From: Bacteroidota bacterium
GTDB lineage: Bacteria; Bacteroidota; Bacteroidia; J057; JAJTIE01
Direction of reading: 5' to 3'
Length of the DNA stretch: 64,000 nt
Assembly (NCBI GenBank): GCA_019638695.1
Contig: JAHBTG010000006.1
Location: 3,022 to 67,021 of the forward strand
In this document: positions 1 through 10,148 of the stretch, piece after piece
Numbering within the stretch: the stretch's first letter is position 1
Layout of the letters: each line of letters starts with the position of its first letter
Notes under the pieces: model-generated
What the model was told of the DNA's origin: nothing
The model's input: the letters and a program-made list of their open reading frames with translations, nothing else
Database searches by the model: none
Program-made: the position numbers and the translations under genes

Positions 1-102
1 TCTGGATCATCAGGAGCCGGGAAAAAGAAGGCTATGTGGTGACCTTAAAAAGCCAGAGCGATAACCCCGATATGTTCCTGCGCATCCGCCGCATAGGGGG
101 GC

Positions 103-1071
103 ATGAAGACTGATTCTCCCGCGTCCAGCCTCCTTGGCCACTGCCTGCCGGAACTGCTTCCGGCTACCCGCCTGACGCCGCTGGAACTGGCGGGACACCG
201 CATATGGCTCAAGCGGGAAGATGACCCCTGGCTGGGAGGGAACAAACTGCGCAAGGCATCCAGCCTGATCCCTTACCTGCAGCAGCAGGGAGTCCCCGTT
301 GTCGCGCTTATCGGGGGGGCTTATAGCAATCATGTGCTGGCGCTGGCGCAGCTGCTTCTGCAATATGGCCTGACCGTGCATGCCTTCCTGCGCGGAGAGC
401 CCGGGCTGGCACCAGTGGGTAACCGGCATTTCTTGCGCATACTGTTGCCCGAAACACAATGTCACTGGGTGCCTCGTTCGCGGTGGGCTGAGGTGCACAC
501 GCTGGCCACTGCCTGGGCGCAGGAAGTGGGGGCTGCGTTGGTGCCGGAGGGCGGTTTTCATGCGGCCGCTGTGCCTGGCGCCGCTACGCTGGCGCTGGAT
601 ATTGCCCGTAATGAAGCCGCTATGACGCAGGCGTTTGCGCACCTGTGGCTGGATGCCGGTACGGGCCTGACCGCTGCCGCCACCCTGCTGACAGATGCCC
701 TGCGTTGTCCGCATCGCCATTATCATGTGGTGTTGCTGGCAGAGGATGCCCATGCCTTCCGGCAGAAACTCCTGCAGGTGCAGGACTGGCTGCAGCGCTA
801 CCTGGGCCGCCCTGTGCCTGTGCCTGCTTCCCTGCATCTGCATCTCCCGGTATGGGACACCCGGTTTGGCAAAGTGTCAGCCAAAGGCACACGATACCTT
901 CAGGACTTTGCCCGGCAGTATGGCATTCTGCTGGACCCGGTATATACTCTCAAATTACTGGCTACCGCAGAGCAATGGATCGCCACCCAGGCAGACCCTG
1001 GCCAGGTACTGGTGGTACATAGCGGAGGGCAGCCGGCACTCTCGGGCTTCAAGTTTCCCGCTACGGGTTAA
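103..1071 (+). CDS. PLP-dependent ACC deaminase / D-cysteine desulfhydrase family protein
   Basis: KREDD...GGNKLRK PLP-lysine motif, GGAYSNH, GTGLT, LDPVYT and HSGG motifs. Confidence 0.85.
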   Translation: MKTDSPASSLLGHCLPELLPATRLTPLELAGHRIWLKREDDPWLGGNKLRKASSLIPYLQQQGVPVVALIGGAYSNHVLALAQLLLQYGLTVHAFLRGEPGLAPVGNRHFLRILLPETQCHWVPRSRWAEVHTLATAWAQEVGAALVPEGGFHAAAVPGAATLALDIARNEAAMTQAFAHLWLDAGTGLTAAATLLTDALRCPHRHYHVVLLAEDAHAFRQKLLQVQDWLQRYLGRPVPVPASLHLHLPVWDTRFGKVSAKGTRYLQDFARQYGILLDPVYTLKLLATAEQWIATQADPGQVLVVHSGGQPALSGFKFPATG

Positions 1072-1781
1072 TCCTCTTCCTTCAGCAAGGCGTGGGCTAC
1101 CGCCACGCAGATATCCATGGCCTGGACCACATAATCCGGCTTCTGCAGGCGCCCGTGGAAATAAGCATAGCTGTTGCCGTTGTCCAGTTGCAGGGTAATG
1201 GTGTCACCTTCTGTCCGTACATCGGTGAAGAACCAGTGTTTCAGGTAATGATGCAGCTCATGCGACGCTATGAGGTTGAGTGCTGCGGCGGGATGCTCTG
1301 TATAGATGGCTACATGGGGGTTCAGCGCCTTGGCATCTACACTGGCCTTAGGTAAACCGGGTTGCAGGCGCTGCCGCATTTCGGGGAGCACTGTGCCGCT
1401 GGGCAGCCAGGACATGTCATCCCAGATCGCCAGCGGAGGAAAGGTTCTGCCCGGGGCCTTGAGCACCACCTTAAGCTTGGGATTGAAGGTTTTCCAGTCA
1501 TACTGGGTTTTGTCTACCCGGGTGCCTTCGCTGTGCTCTGTGCGGGTGGTGCCCACCCACATGCGGCCGGTAACATCTATGGCAAAGTCCTTGTATTTGC
1601 CCGAAACCCCGTCATCGTTAGGCTTGGGGAAGGTGTGGGTCTTCATTCCCAGTTTTTCCAGGAAGTCTTCCAGCTGGGTATGGTCCACCTTCTTTTTGCG
1701 GAATATGGCCAGTACCATGATCAGAATGCCAGTAATGACGAGGCCGCCCAGTACATAGAGCGTTATGTTTCCTTCCATCAT
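1068..1781 (-). CDS. Hypothetical single-pass membrane protein
   Basis: N-terminal hydrophobic helix followed by RKKK; 237 aa with normal composition. Confidence 0.65.
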   Translation of the reverse strand: MMEGNITLYVLGGLVITGILIMVLAIFRKKKVDHTQLEDFLEKLGMKTHTFPKPNDDGVSGKYKDFAIDVTGRMWVGTTRTEHSEGTRVDKTQYDWKTFNPKLKVVLKAPGRTFPPLAIWDDMSWLPSGTVLPEMRQRLQPGLPKASVDAKALNPHVAIYTEHPAAALNLIASHELHHYLKHWFFTDVRTEGDTITLQLDNGNSYAYFHGRLQKPDYVVQAMDICVAVAHALLKEED

Positions 1782-1849
1782 AAGTATAGGTATTAGTCGT
1801 TTAGTGGTGCAAAGATAGATGCTGGGTTGTATTGTTCGTGTGCCTTGTT

Positions 1850-2431
1850 CTAATGTGGAGCGGGGAGCGGCACCAGGGATTGGGCATAATAATGCGTATA
1901 GAACGGCATATGCCGTGCTTGTACCAGGTGGCGCAAGGTATGGACTTCCATGGCTGCAAACAACATTTCCAGGCTGGAAATGCGGCTAAGGTCTTTGTCG
2001 GCATCATCCGGGAGCACATCTATGGCATATACCTGTGCGGCATGCAGGTCCTGGGCCAGCAGTTGCTGCCCGGTGTGGGGGGCTGTGTCCGTATCTACAA
2101 ATTGCAGTCTGTAGCGGCTGTAAAGCAGGTCCTCCTCTCGTCGTTGCAGTTGCCAGTCGCTGTGGTGATTGCAGACGGGGCACTTGAGTTGCCCGGCCAG
2201 CAGCAGGCAGGTATCCGATTGTACATCGTAGTCGCCGGCAGACAGCAGCGCAGCCAGTTGATGTGCAAGCTGCTCGTTTAGTGCCAGGGTTTTATCTCCC
2301 AGGTATAACAAGGATAGTCCCTGTGCCTGGTGTACGAAGAGCGATACCGGCTGAGGGCAGGCCAGCACATTGGTATCACAGGCCGGACAGGCCAGCATGT
2401 CTGGCCCGGGACTGGCATAGTTAGGATTCAT
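1850..2431 (-). CDS. Hypothetical protein with two CxxC motifs (possible zinc ribbon)
   Basis: CPAC and CPVC motifs; start set at ATG 2431, just downstream of a TATCTTTG promoter element. Confidence 0.6.
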   Translation of the reverse strand: MNPNYASPGPDMLACPACDTNVLACPQPVSLFVHQAQGLSLLYLGDKTLALNEQLAHQLAALLSAGDYDVQSDTCLLLAGQLKCPVCNHHSDWQLQRREEDLLYSRYRLQFVDTDTAPHTGQQLLAQDLHAAQVYAIDVLPDDADKDLSRISSLEMLFAAMEVHTLRHLVQARHMPFYTHYYAQSLVPLPAPH

Positions 2432-2436
2432 GCGGG

Positions 2437-2444
2437 CAAAGATA
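2437..2444 (-). promoter_or_regulatory. Bacteroidota -7 promoter element (TATCTTTG)
   Basis: Exact TAnnTTTG on the minus strand, 5 nt upstream of ATG 2431. Confidence 0.5.
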
Positions 2445-2479
2445 TTGCACCTTGGCTCCGGTTTTTGCACATTTGTACA

Positions 2480-2941
2480 ATGCACAACTGGTTTCTACAC
2501 TTGTTCGAATGGACTGCCTGGGCCAATGCCTGCATGGGAGAAGCCATTTCACCTGTTTATTCGGCAGATACCTATGTCCAGCGGCAGTTTAGCCACATTA
2601 TCCATGCCCAGGAGCGATGGTTGCTGCGGTTGCGCCAGGAAGAACTTACCCGGCAAGACCTGTTTGAACCGCTTCCCCTGGAGGAAGCCCTGCAGCGTGA
2701 CCAGTCTTTTGCCCAGGCAATTACAGCGCTGCTCACCCTCCACCAGGAGGATACCGGCTGGCTCCGGACGCCCGTGCCTCATACCACCAACCAGGGCCAG
2801 CAATACATATTGCCCGTTCAGGGCGTGCTGACCCAGCTCCTGCACCACGGCACCCATCACAGGGCGCAGCTGGCGGCAAGATTAACTTCGCTGGGGTATG
2901 CCTCTCCTCCTATTGATTATATCTTCTATGCACGCCAATAG
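2480..2941 (+). CDS. DinB family protein
   Basis: W..WAN, HIIHAQERW and HHGTHHRAQL motifs; start at MHNWFLHL. Confidence 0.85.
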   Translation: MHNWFLHLFEWTAWANACMGEAISPVYSADTYVQRQFSHIIHAQERWLLRLRQEELTRQDLFEPLPLEEALQRDQSFAQAITALLTLHQEDTGWLRTPVPHTTNQGQQYILPVQGVLTQLLHHGTHHRAQLAARLTSLGYASPPIDYIFYARQ

Positions 2942-4028
2942 GGTTGCCTGCCGCCTGGTATGTCTTGTCCTTTGCGGCATGCTGGCTACTTCCCTGGGTG
3001 CACAGGGAATATGGGTGAAACAGCGTGGTAAATGGGGGTTGATAGATGCGCATGGCGAGTGGCTGCGTTTTTGTGAGTTTACAGAAGCGCTTCCTTTCCA
3101 GGAAGGATTTGCACTGGTCTCCAATGGCCAGCGCGAAGGATACCTGAACCGCAAGGGTGAACTGGCTATCTCCTTTACCTACCGCAGCGCCACACCTTTT
3201 AGCGAAGGGCTGGCCGCGGTGCAAACCGAGACCGGCTGGGGGTATATCGATACTGCCGGGGTGGTGGTCATTCCCCCGGCTTTTACCGCTGCCGAAAGTT
3301 TCTCCCAGGGGCTGGCCGCCGTGGAGACTGCCGCAGGCTGGGAGTATATAGACAGAACCGGGCAGGTGCGCATTGCAGGGCCTTTCCTCGAAGCGCTCCC
3401 TTTTCGTATGGGGCTGGCGCCTGTGATGGCAGAGGCCGGCTGGGGATATATTGATGTATCGGGGCGCTGGGTCATTCCCCCCACTTTTGAGATGGCACTG
3501 CCGGCTTTGCACGGATGGCTGCAGGTGCGGGAAAACCGCCGGTGGGGATTGCTGGATGCTGCCGGGCGCCGTGTGACGGCATCCGTCTATTATGACCTGC
3601 TGCTTTCTGAGGAAGGGCGTTTATGGGGCGAGACGGACAGTGGCTACGTGTGCCTGGATCCGCAAGGGCGCCCGGCCTTTGAGGGTCATTTTGCTGACGC
3701 AGGCCGGTACGCCGGGGGATTGGCCCCGGTGCGCACGGATAGCGGGTGGGTATACCTGGATAGCTGGGGCCGGGTGCGTATTACCCCCGGCTGCAGCCAT
3801 GCCTTTCCTTTTGGTAAGCCGCTGGCACAGGTGAATTGCAGTGGTAAGATCGGGTTTGTAGATGCACAGGGTAGCTGGGTCATTAGTCCCCAGTACACAC
3901 ATGCTACCCATTTTGTAGAGGGTTTGGCAGGGGTCGCACGCGAAGGAAAGTGGGCGCTTGTCAATGCACAGGGGCATTTGATCACCGGGTTTGATTTTGA
4001 GGCTGTGCGATTGGATGTACAACCCTAG
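2928..4028 (+). CDS. WG-repeat (KWG-type) secreted protein
   Basis: Signal peptide; many F.EGLAAV....GWGYID..G..VI repeats. Confidence 0.9.
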   Translation: MHANRVACRLVCLVLCGMLATSLGAQGIWVKQRGKWGLIDAHGEWLRFCEFTEALPFQEGFALVSNGQREGYLNRKGELAISFTYRSATPFSEGLAAVQTETGWGYIDTAGVVVIPPAFTAAESFSQGLAAVETAAGWEYIDRTGQVRIAGPFLEALPFRMGLAPVMAEAGWGYIDVSGRWVIPPTFEMALPALHGWLQVRENRRWGLLDAAGRRVTASVYYDLLLSEEGRLWGETDSGYVCLDPQGRPAFEGHFADAGRYAGGLAPVRTDSGWVYLDSWGRVRITPGCSHAFPFGKPLAQVNCSGKIGFVDAQGSWVISPQYTHATHFVEGLAGVAREGKWALVNAQGHLITGFDFEAVRLDVQP

Positions 4029-4081
4029 CCGGTGTGTTTCCGTATCCGGGCATAGTCGGTTCGGCCCTGTAATATGCGCCC

Positions 4082-5008
4082 ATGAAAGAAAAGGCAGAGG
4101 TAACCAAGATACATGAATACCTGGGACATACCCAGAGTGTATATGCCCTGGCGCCCGCTCATCTGCCCGGGCATTTTCTCAGCGCAGGGGGAGACGGTAT
4201 CGTAGCACAGTGGGCGCTTGACCGTCCGGATGTGGCTGTTGGCCTGCTCCGGGCGCCGCTGCCACTTTACAGCCTGGAGTGCCTGCCTGCCGGGCACCTG
4301 GTACTGGCCGGTCAGAATGACGGGGGATTGCATGCCCTGGACCTGGCCACGGGCAGTTTGCGCAAGAGCATACGGGTGCACCAGCGCCCCATATTCGGCC
4401 TTCAGGTGCTGCCGGGAGATGCTTATTTCCTGGCATGCAGTGAAGACGGGCAACTCTCTGTGTGGGATTGTGCTACCATAAGCTGCCAGACCACCGCACA
4501 GATCTCACAGGCCAGCCTGCGGACAGTCGTTATGCACCCCAGGGGTAAGGAATTTGCCATTGCCGGGAGTGATGGTTATGTCCGCGTGTATGCTCTGGAT
4601 GGTTTTCGGCAGCTATATAGCTGGCAGGCGCATGCCAACACCGTGTTTACCCTGTGCTATAGTCCCGATGGCGAACTGCTGTTATCCGGCAGCCGGGATG
4701 CCCATCTCAAAAGCTGGGATGCCCGGCATGGCTATAGCCTGGTGCAGGATGTGCCTGCACACCTCTTTGCCGTTAATGACATGACGTTTTCTCCCGATGG
4801 AGTTCACCTGGCCACAGCCAGTATGGACAAGACCATCAAGCTATGGGACCCCTATACGCTAACGCTCATCAAAGTGATCGACCGGCCGCGCAATGGCTGC
4901 CATCTCACGGGTGTCAACCGTTTGCTGTGGTTGCCGGGTGGGGAACTGCTTTCCTGTTCGGATGACCGCACCATTATGCAGTGGCAGGTGCGTTTTTACA
5001 AAGCCTGA
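4082..5008 (+). CDS. WD40-repeat beta-propeller protein
   Basis: Repeated GH/AH...SPDG..L.S.S.D..IK.WD motifs. Confidence 0.9.
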   Translation: MKEKAEVTKIHEYLGHTQSVYALAPAHLPGHFLSAGGDGIVAQWALDRPDVAVGLLRAPLPLYSLECLPAGHLVLAGQNDGGLHALDLATGSLRKSIRVHQRPIFGLQVLPGDAYFLACSEDGQLSVWDCATISCQTTAQISQASLRTVVMHPRGKEFAIAGSDGYVRVYALDGFRQLYSWQAHANTVFTLCYSPDGELLLSGSRDAHLKSWDARHGYSLVQDVPAHLFAVNDMTFSPDGVHLATASMDKTIKLWDPYTLTLIKVIDRPRNGCHLTGVNRLLWLPGGELLSCSDDRTIMQWQVRFYKA

Positions 5009-6243
5009 GCAAGAGGATCATTGCTCCATAATGCGGTTGCCGCAGATGTGCCCGCGATCCACCCGGTAGTCCAGGCTGCCTGGAAGTTAAACCCGCCGGT
5101 AATGCCGTCAATGTCCAGCACCTCGCCGGCCAGGTGCAGGCCGGCTAACGGGCTTTCCATGGTCTGGGGGTCTATGCAGGCCAGGTCCACGCCTCCGGCC
5201 GTGACAAACTCTTCCTTATAGGTCGTGCGTCCGCTGGCAGACAGATCCTGGCGCAGGAGCAGTTCCAGCAGCCGGTTACGGGGTTTGGCAGGCAGCTCTG
5301 CCCATACGGTTCCGGGAGGGATGGTTGCCAGTGTGCACAGCCGTTCCCACAGGCGGCGGGGCAGGGGATCGATAGGGCTGTTGTGCACCAGTTTGCGGGG
5401 GTGCAGGTTGCGCTGCTGCTCCAGGTATTGCATCAGGCTATCGTCCTTGTGTGCAGCCAGCCAGCAGATGCGCACCTGGTACTGGTAGTTGCGGGCATGC
5501 AGATGACGGGCTTCCCAGGCGCTCAGGCGTAGCACTGCCGGTCCGCTGACGCCCCAGTGGGTGATCAGCAAAGGGCCGGTGGCTTCCGTGCGGGTGCCGG
5601 CTATACGCACCCTCGCTGGTGCACTGAGCCCTTCCAGTCCTGCCAGGGGAGACTGGGGTATATTGAAGCTGAACAGGGAAGGCACCGGCGATACGATGGG
5701 CAGGCCCAGGTCTGCCAGCCACTGAAGCCCCTTTTGGCCAGGAGAACCGCCTGTGCAAACGATCACCCGCCGTGCTGCCAGCGCCTGACCTGAACCTGCC
5801 AGCACCTCCCAGCCCGTAGGCGCCGGAGAGAGCCTGTTTACTTTGGTTTGCGGCAGATAGTGTACACCGGCCCGGCGTGCGGCGGCCTGCAGGCAATCCA
5901 CTATGGTTTGGGAGGTATTCGTATGCGGGAACATGCGGCCGTCCGCTTCGGCGACCAGCCGCACTCCTTCGGCGGCAAACCAGTCTGCCGTCTGGGGTTG
6001 CCCCCAGCGGGAAAATGCCTTACGCAGAAACCGCTCTCCCCTGGGGTAATGCTTGCTGAATGCTACTGGATCTGCCAGGTGATGCGTGACATTACAGCGG
6101 CCGCCGCCGGAGATGCGCACTTTTTCCAGGGGTTTGCCCTGCTCTGCCAGGTACACCTGCAAAGCCGGTGCCTGTCGTTTGGCGGCAATGGCGGCAAAGT
6201 AGCCCGCGGCTCCCCCGCCTATGACCAGGATATCACATTCCAT
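4996..6243 (-). CDS. HI0933/BaiN-like NAD(P)/FAD-dependent oxidoreductase
   Basis: GGGAAG, KVRISGGGRCNVT, VTAGGV and GEVLDIDGITGGFNFQAAW motifs. Confidence 0.92.
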   Translation of the reverse strand: MECDILVIGGGAAGYFAAIAAKRQAPALQVYLAEQGKPLEKVRISGGGRCNVTHHLADPVAFSKHYPRGERFLRKAFSRWGQPQTADWFAAEGVRLVAEADGRMFPHTNTSQTIVDCLQAAARRAGVHYLPQTKVNRLSPAPTGWEVLAGSGQALAARRVIVCTGGSPGQKGLQWLADLGLPIVSPVPSLFSFNIPQSPLAGLEGLSAPARVRIAGTRTEATGPLLITHWGVSGPAVLRLSAWEARHLHARNYQYQVRICWLAAHKDDSLMQYLEQQRNLHPRKLVHNSPIDPLPRRLWERLCTLATIPPGTVWAELPAKPRNRLLELLLRQDLSASGRTTYKEEFVTAGGVDLACIDPQTMESPLAGLHLAGEVLDIDGITGGFNFQAAWTTGWIAGTSAATALWSNDPLAQAL

Positions 6244-6393
6244 CCCTTAAAGTTAGGGTGTGGTGGCCGAATGAGATAGGAGCTGGTATGAAGCGCTTTA
6301 GGGATTGTTTTTGAAAGGAGTCGTTTGGGCAATCGAAATGCCCTCTGCTTTCATTTTTCGCCCTTTGCGGGTTTACTAGTATCTTGCGACATT

Positions 6394-7830
6394 ATGGAAA
6401 CCATGCAGTTACATGTATCGACCGAAGTGGCGCGTCTGCGCCGCGTGATGATTCACAGTCCCAATAGCGGCCTGGGCAAGATAGTGCCCAGCAAAGCCCA
6501 GGAGTGGCTTTTTGAAGACATTGTGCACGTGCCCAGCATGCTGGCCAATGAGTATGACTATTTTGTGAAGCTCCTGCTCTATTTCCTGGATACCGAACGG
6601 GTAAAAGGCAGGCTGGCCCATATTGATGACCCTGCTCAGGAGCGTAACTTCTACAAACCGGGCAAAGCCGGTTTTCATGCTTCGGACAAGGTGGTGGAGC
6701 TCCAGCGCCTGCTGGCAGAGGTGCTCGCCCAGCGCGATGTGCGCCTGCAGCTGACCGCAGCCATTTGTGCCGTGGAGGGCATCTCTAATAAGATGAAAGA
6801 TAACCTCATGGCCCTCAATGATATAGAGCTGGCGGCTACTTTCATTACTGGTTCCTTGCCGGACAAGACCATGATCTTTCATCCGCTGGCCAACCTGATC
6901 TTTACCCGCGACATTGGTATTGTCATTAACGACCACTTGCTGCTGAATAAGCCGGCCAAGCTGGCCCGTACCCGCGAGGCATTGCTGGCCAAGTATATCT
7001 TCTTTAACCATCCCTATTTTGCCGCCAGCCGCCAGAATATCATAGAACTTTATGAAGATGAGCATTTCTTCCTGCTGAGCGATGCCGAGCGCGAGCAAAA
7101 GATCGTCACCCTCGAAGGCGGTGATGTGATGATGGTTGCCCCCAATCACCTGCTGATCGGGGTGAGCGAACGCACCAGTCCCTATGCTGTGAACCAGGTC
7201 ATTGCCCGGTTGTTTGACCGCAATGTGGTGGAAAAAGTCAGCGTCATCCGCATTCCCCCCAAGCGGGAGTTTATGCATATAGATACCGTGTTTACCCAGG
7301 TGGCAAGAGATACCTGGGTGCTTTTCGGGGGATTGGGCAGGGATGCCGATACCGAGGAGCAGTACCTGATCCGTACCATGCTGGACGAACCGCTGGAAGA
7401 GCCGCTGGCTATCCATCAGTTCACCAAAGGCCGTCGGGAGCCTAAAGAATTCCCCTACCTGGAAGACCTGCTGGAAGATGTCAGCCGCAAAGATCTGGGA
7501 GTAACCGGCGAAGTGAAGTTGATCTATAGCGGAGATGGTGAGTATCCGTATGACGAACGGGAACAGTGGACGGATAGCTGCAACCTGCTGGTAGTACAGG
7601 AAGGGGTGGCCATTGCCTATGACCGCAACGACCGCACGATGGATGCCTTCCGCAAGGCAGGCTACGAAACGGTGCGTGCTGCCGATCTGCTGGAAGCGTT
7701 TGAATTGGGTAAACGGAATCCCCAGGATATGACCAAGACCATTATCTTGCTACCCAGTGCCGAGCTCAGCCGTGCCCGTGGCGGCAGCCACTGTATGAGC
7801 ATGCCGCTGCTGAGAGACCGCCTGGTATAG
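6394..7830 (+). CDS. Arginine deiminase family protein
   Basis: FTRD, LEGGDV, MHIDTVF and ELSRARGGSHCMSMPL (catalytic Cys) motifs. Confidence 0.88.
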   Translation: METMQLHVSTEVARLRRVMIHSPNSGLGKIVPSKAQEWLFEDIVHVPSMLANEYDYFVKLLLYFLDTERVKGRLAHIDDPAQERNFYKPGKAGFHASDKVVELQRLLAEVLAQRDVRLQLTAAICAVEGISNKMKDNLMALNDIELAATFITGSLPDKTMIFHPLANLIFTRDIGIVINDHLLLNKPAKLARTREALLAKYIFFNHPYFAASRQNIIELYEDEHFFLLSDAEREQKIVTLEGGDVMMVAPNHLLIGVSERTSPYAVNQVIARLFDRNVVEKVSVIRIPPKREFMHIDTVFTQVARDTWVLFGGLGRDADTEEQYLIRTMLDEPLEEPLAIHQFTKGRREPKEFPYLEDLLEDVSRKDLGVTGEVKLIYSGDGEYPYDEREQWTDSCNLLVVQEGVAIAYDRNDRTMDAFRKAGYETVRAADLLEAFELGKRNPQDMTKTIILLPSAELSRARGGSHCMSMPLLRDRLV

Positions 7831-7836
7831 ATTACA

Positions 7837-8763
7837 ATGGGTATGAAGACTTCTCAAACCACCGATACCGTGCTGATGGTGCGGCCGGCGCACTTCCAGT
7901 TCAATGCGCAGACCGCGCAGAACAATGCCTTTCAGACGGAAGTGGCAGATGTGCAGGGCCTGGCCGTTACGGAATTTGACCAGATGGCCCAGAAGCTGCG
8001 CGATGCCGGTATTCACGTAATCGTCATGGCAGATTCTCCCAGTCCGGTGAAGCCCGATGCCATTTTCCCCAATAACTGGCTGACCACTCACCCGGATGGT
8101 ACCGTGGTGCTGTATCCTATGTATGCTCCCAATCGCCGGCTGGAGGTGCGCACGGATGTGCTGGAATACCTGGAGGGTACCCTGGGGTACGAGATTCGTC
8201 AGCTACTGGATCTCACGGGAGAGGCGGACCGCAACCGGTTCCTGGAAGGTACCGGCAGCTTAGTGCTGGACCGGGTACATAAGGTGGCCTATGCCTGCCT
8301 CTCACCCCGCACAGACAAGTCCCTGCTGGAGGAATGGGCCCGGCGCCTGGACTATGCCCTTTGTGTATTTCATGCCAGAGATAAGCACGGACAGGATATT
8401 TACCACACCAATGTCATGATGAGCGTAGGCCATACGTTTGCCGTGGTATGCCTGGAATCTGTGCCCGATGCTGCAGAGCGCAGTAACCTGGTGCGAAGCC
8501 TGCAAAGCACAGGGCATGAGATCGTGGAGATTACGTTGGAGCAGGTCTATGATATGGCTGGCAATATGCTGCTGTTGCACAATACCCGGGGTGTTCCCAA
8601 GCTGGTGCTCAGCCGCCGCGCATATGATGTGCTCACGCCCGCGCAAACGGCACAGCTGCTCAATCACTGCGAGCTGCTCCCCGTAGACATTACCCATATC
8701 GAGATTGCAGGCGGAGGCAGTGCGCGTTGTATGCTGGCAGAGGTATTCCTGCCGCGGCAGTAA
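7837..8763 (+). CDS. ctlX: Citrulline utilization hydrolase CtlX (amidinotransferase superfamily)
   Basis: MVRPAHF, PDAIFPNNW, YPMYAPNRRLE, LEGTGSLVLDR, YHTNVMM and GGGSARCMLAE motifs; adjacent to ADI. Confidence 0.85.
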   Translation: MGMKTSQTTDTVLMVRPAHFQFNAQTAQNNAFQTEVADVQGLAVTEFDQMAQKLRDAGIHVIVMADSPSPVKPDAIFPNNWLTTHPDGTVVLYPMYAPNRRLEVRTDVLEYLEGTLGYEIRQLLDLTGEADRNRFLEGTGSLVLDRVHKVAYACLSPRTDKSLLEEWARRLDYALCVFHARDKHGQDIYHTNVMMSVGHTFAVVCLESVPDAAERSNLVRSLQSTGHEIVEITLEQVYDMAGNMLLLHNTRGVPKLVLSRRAYDVLTPAQTAQLLNHCELLPVDITHIEIAGGGSARCMLAEVFLPRQ

Positions 8764-8765
8764 GA

Positions 8766-9431
8766 ATGGAACAGTTGGTGTTTAATTCCCTGGACGGTTT
8801 GCCTGTTACAGCGGATCATTATCCTGCTGCGACTGCCCGGGGACTTATCCTGCTTTGCCACAGGTCTCATTTTAACCGGGGCGAATACCGGGAAATTGCG
8901 CCCAGGCTCAATGTATTGGGATATGCCGCACTGGCTATAGACCAAAGATCCGGCATGAATGTGCTGGGAGTGGTCAATGAAACCTCTACCCTGGCCAAGC
9001 AACAGCAACTCCCCACGGGTTACCTGGATGCCCGGCAGGATATGGAAGCTGCCCTTGTTTATGCTTGCCGGCTGCACCATAATAAGCCGGTAATCCTCAT
9101 GGGAAGTTCCTATTCGGCTGCTTTGGCGCTCATGCTTGGGGCCACCCATCCACAGGTAAAGGCAGTGATCGCATTCAGCCCGGGAGAATACCTGAGGAAG
9201 ACATCGGTTGCGGGGGCAGTTGCCGGCCTGAAGAAACCTGTTTTTGTCACTTCTGCCCGGCAGGAGATTCCGGATACGGAGCGTTTGGTCGCCGGAGTGG
9301 ATCCTGTATGCCTCACACACTTCAAACCCGAGGTGGAAGGCGCACATGGTGCCCGGGCACTCTGGAGAAAAATAAAAGGCTCAGAATCCTATTGGCTGGC
9401 TTTGGAGCAGTTCCTGGATTCGCTGGACTGA
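8766..9431 (+). CDS. Alpha/beta hydrolase (dienelactone hydrolase-like)
   Basis: DQRSG, GSSYSA nucleophile elbow, FSPGEY and HG motifs. Confidence 0.8.
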   Translation: MEQLVFNSLDGLPVTADHYPAATARGLILLCHRSHFNRGEYREIAPRLNVLGYAALAIDQRSGMNVLGVVNETSTLAKQQQLPTGYLDARQDMEAALVYACRLHHNKPVILMGSSYSAALALMLGATHPQVKAVIAFSPGEYLRKTSVAGAVAGLKKPVFVTSARQEIPDTERLVAGVDPVCLTHFKPEVEGAHGARALWRKIKGSESYWLALEQFLDSLD

Positions 9432-9438
9432 AGTATCA

Positions 9439-10017
9439 TTACTCCGGGAGCGCCCGCTGTGCCTGTGTGACGTGACGCAGGTTATGGGCAATGAGGAATC
9501 CCAGGATATCTCCGTACTTGAAGGTAAGCCAGCTGCCCAGCGTGGTGCCCATGCGGTGTTTGTTCAGGTTCACCTGCCGGGCCTGGCGCAGGATCTCCAG
9601 TAACCGCTCCTGCTGGCGGATGAATTCTGCCAGCGTGCCCGACTGATCGCTTGGGGTGCGGATAGGGTCATACTTTCTCATGGCCCGCATGCCTTTCCGG
9701 CGTTTGCCATTGACCGATTGGGGAGGCGTGGGCATCATACTTCGGATAGAATATCCGCCCAGCCAGCCATGGTGCAGCTCGGTTGCGGGTGAGCTTCCTT
9801 TTGCAAGCGCCTGCTGTGTGCGGGATTCCAGGCGGGGCAGGTAAAAGCGGCCGTAGCGGTTCAGGTGCTCCAGGCAGTCCAGCACGCTCCAGCGGTCTGG
9901 TGCCGGGCGTTGCTTCAAAGCTTCCGGCGGTGCCTGGCAAAAAGTAGTGTGGGCTGTAGAGAGCAGCTGTTCCGTGATGCGGACTTGTTCATCTATAAAG
10001 GCTTGGGCATTGGGCAT
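9439..10017 (-). CDS. DinB family protein
   Basis: WSVLDCLEHL and HNLRHVTQA motifs. Confidence 0.85.
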   Translation of the reverse strand: MPNAQAFIDEQVRITEQLLSTAHTTFCQAPPEALKQRPAPDRWSVLDCLEHLNRYGRFYLPRLESRTQQALAKGSSPATELHHGWLGGYSIRSMMPTPPQSVNGKRRKGMRAMRKYDPIRTPSDQSGTLAEFIRQQERLLEILRQARQVNLNKHRMGTTLGSWLTFKYGDILGFLIAHNLRHVTQAQRALPE

Positions 10018-10148
10018 GATCTTGGTGCTTTTGGTAGGACAAACATACCGCCGCGGATACCCTGATGCCCTTGATTTAAATCAAGAACGCTGGATTCCCT
10101 ACTGCTATCTGTGTTGCATCCCTCCTGTATGCGTCCTAACTTCACCGC

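Noticed and set aside
10-843. 277-aa minus-strand ORF
   Set aside because: Antisense to the well-supported PLP enzyme.
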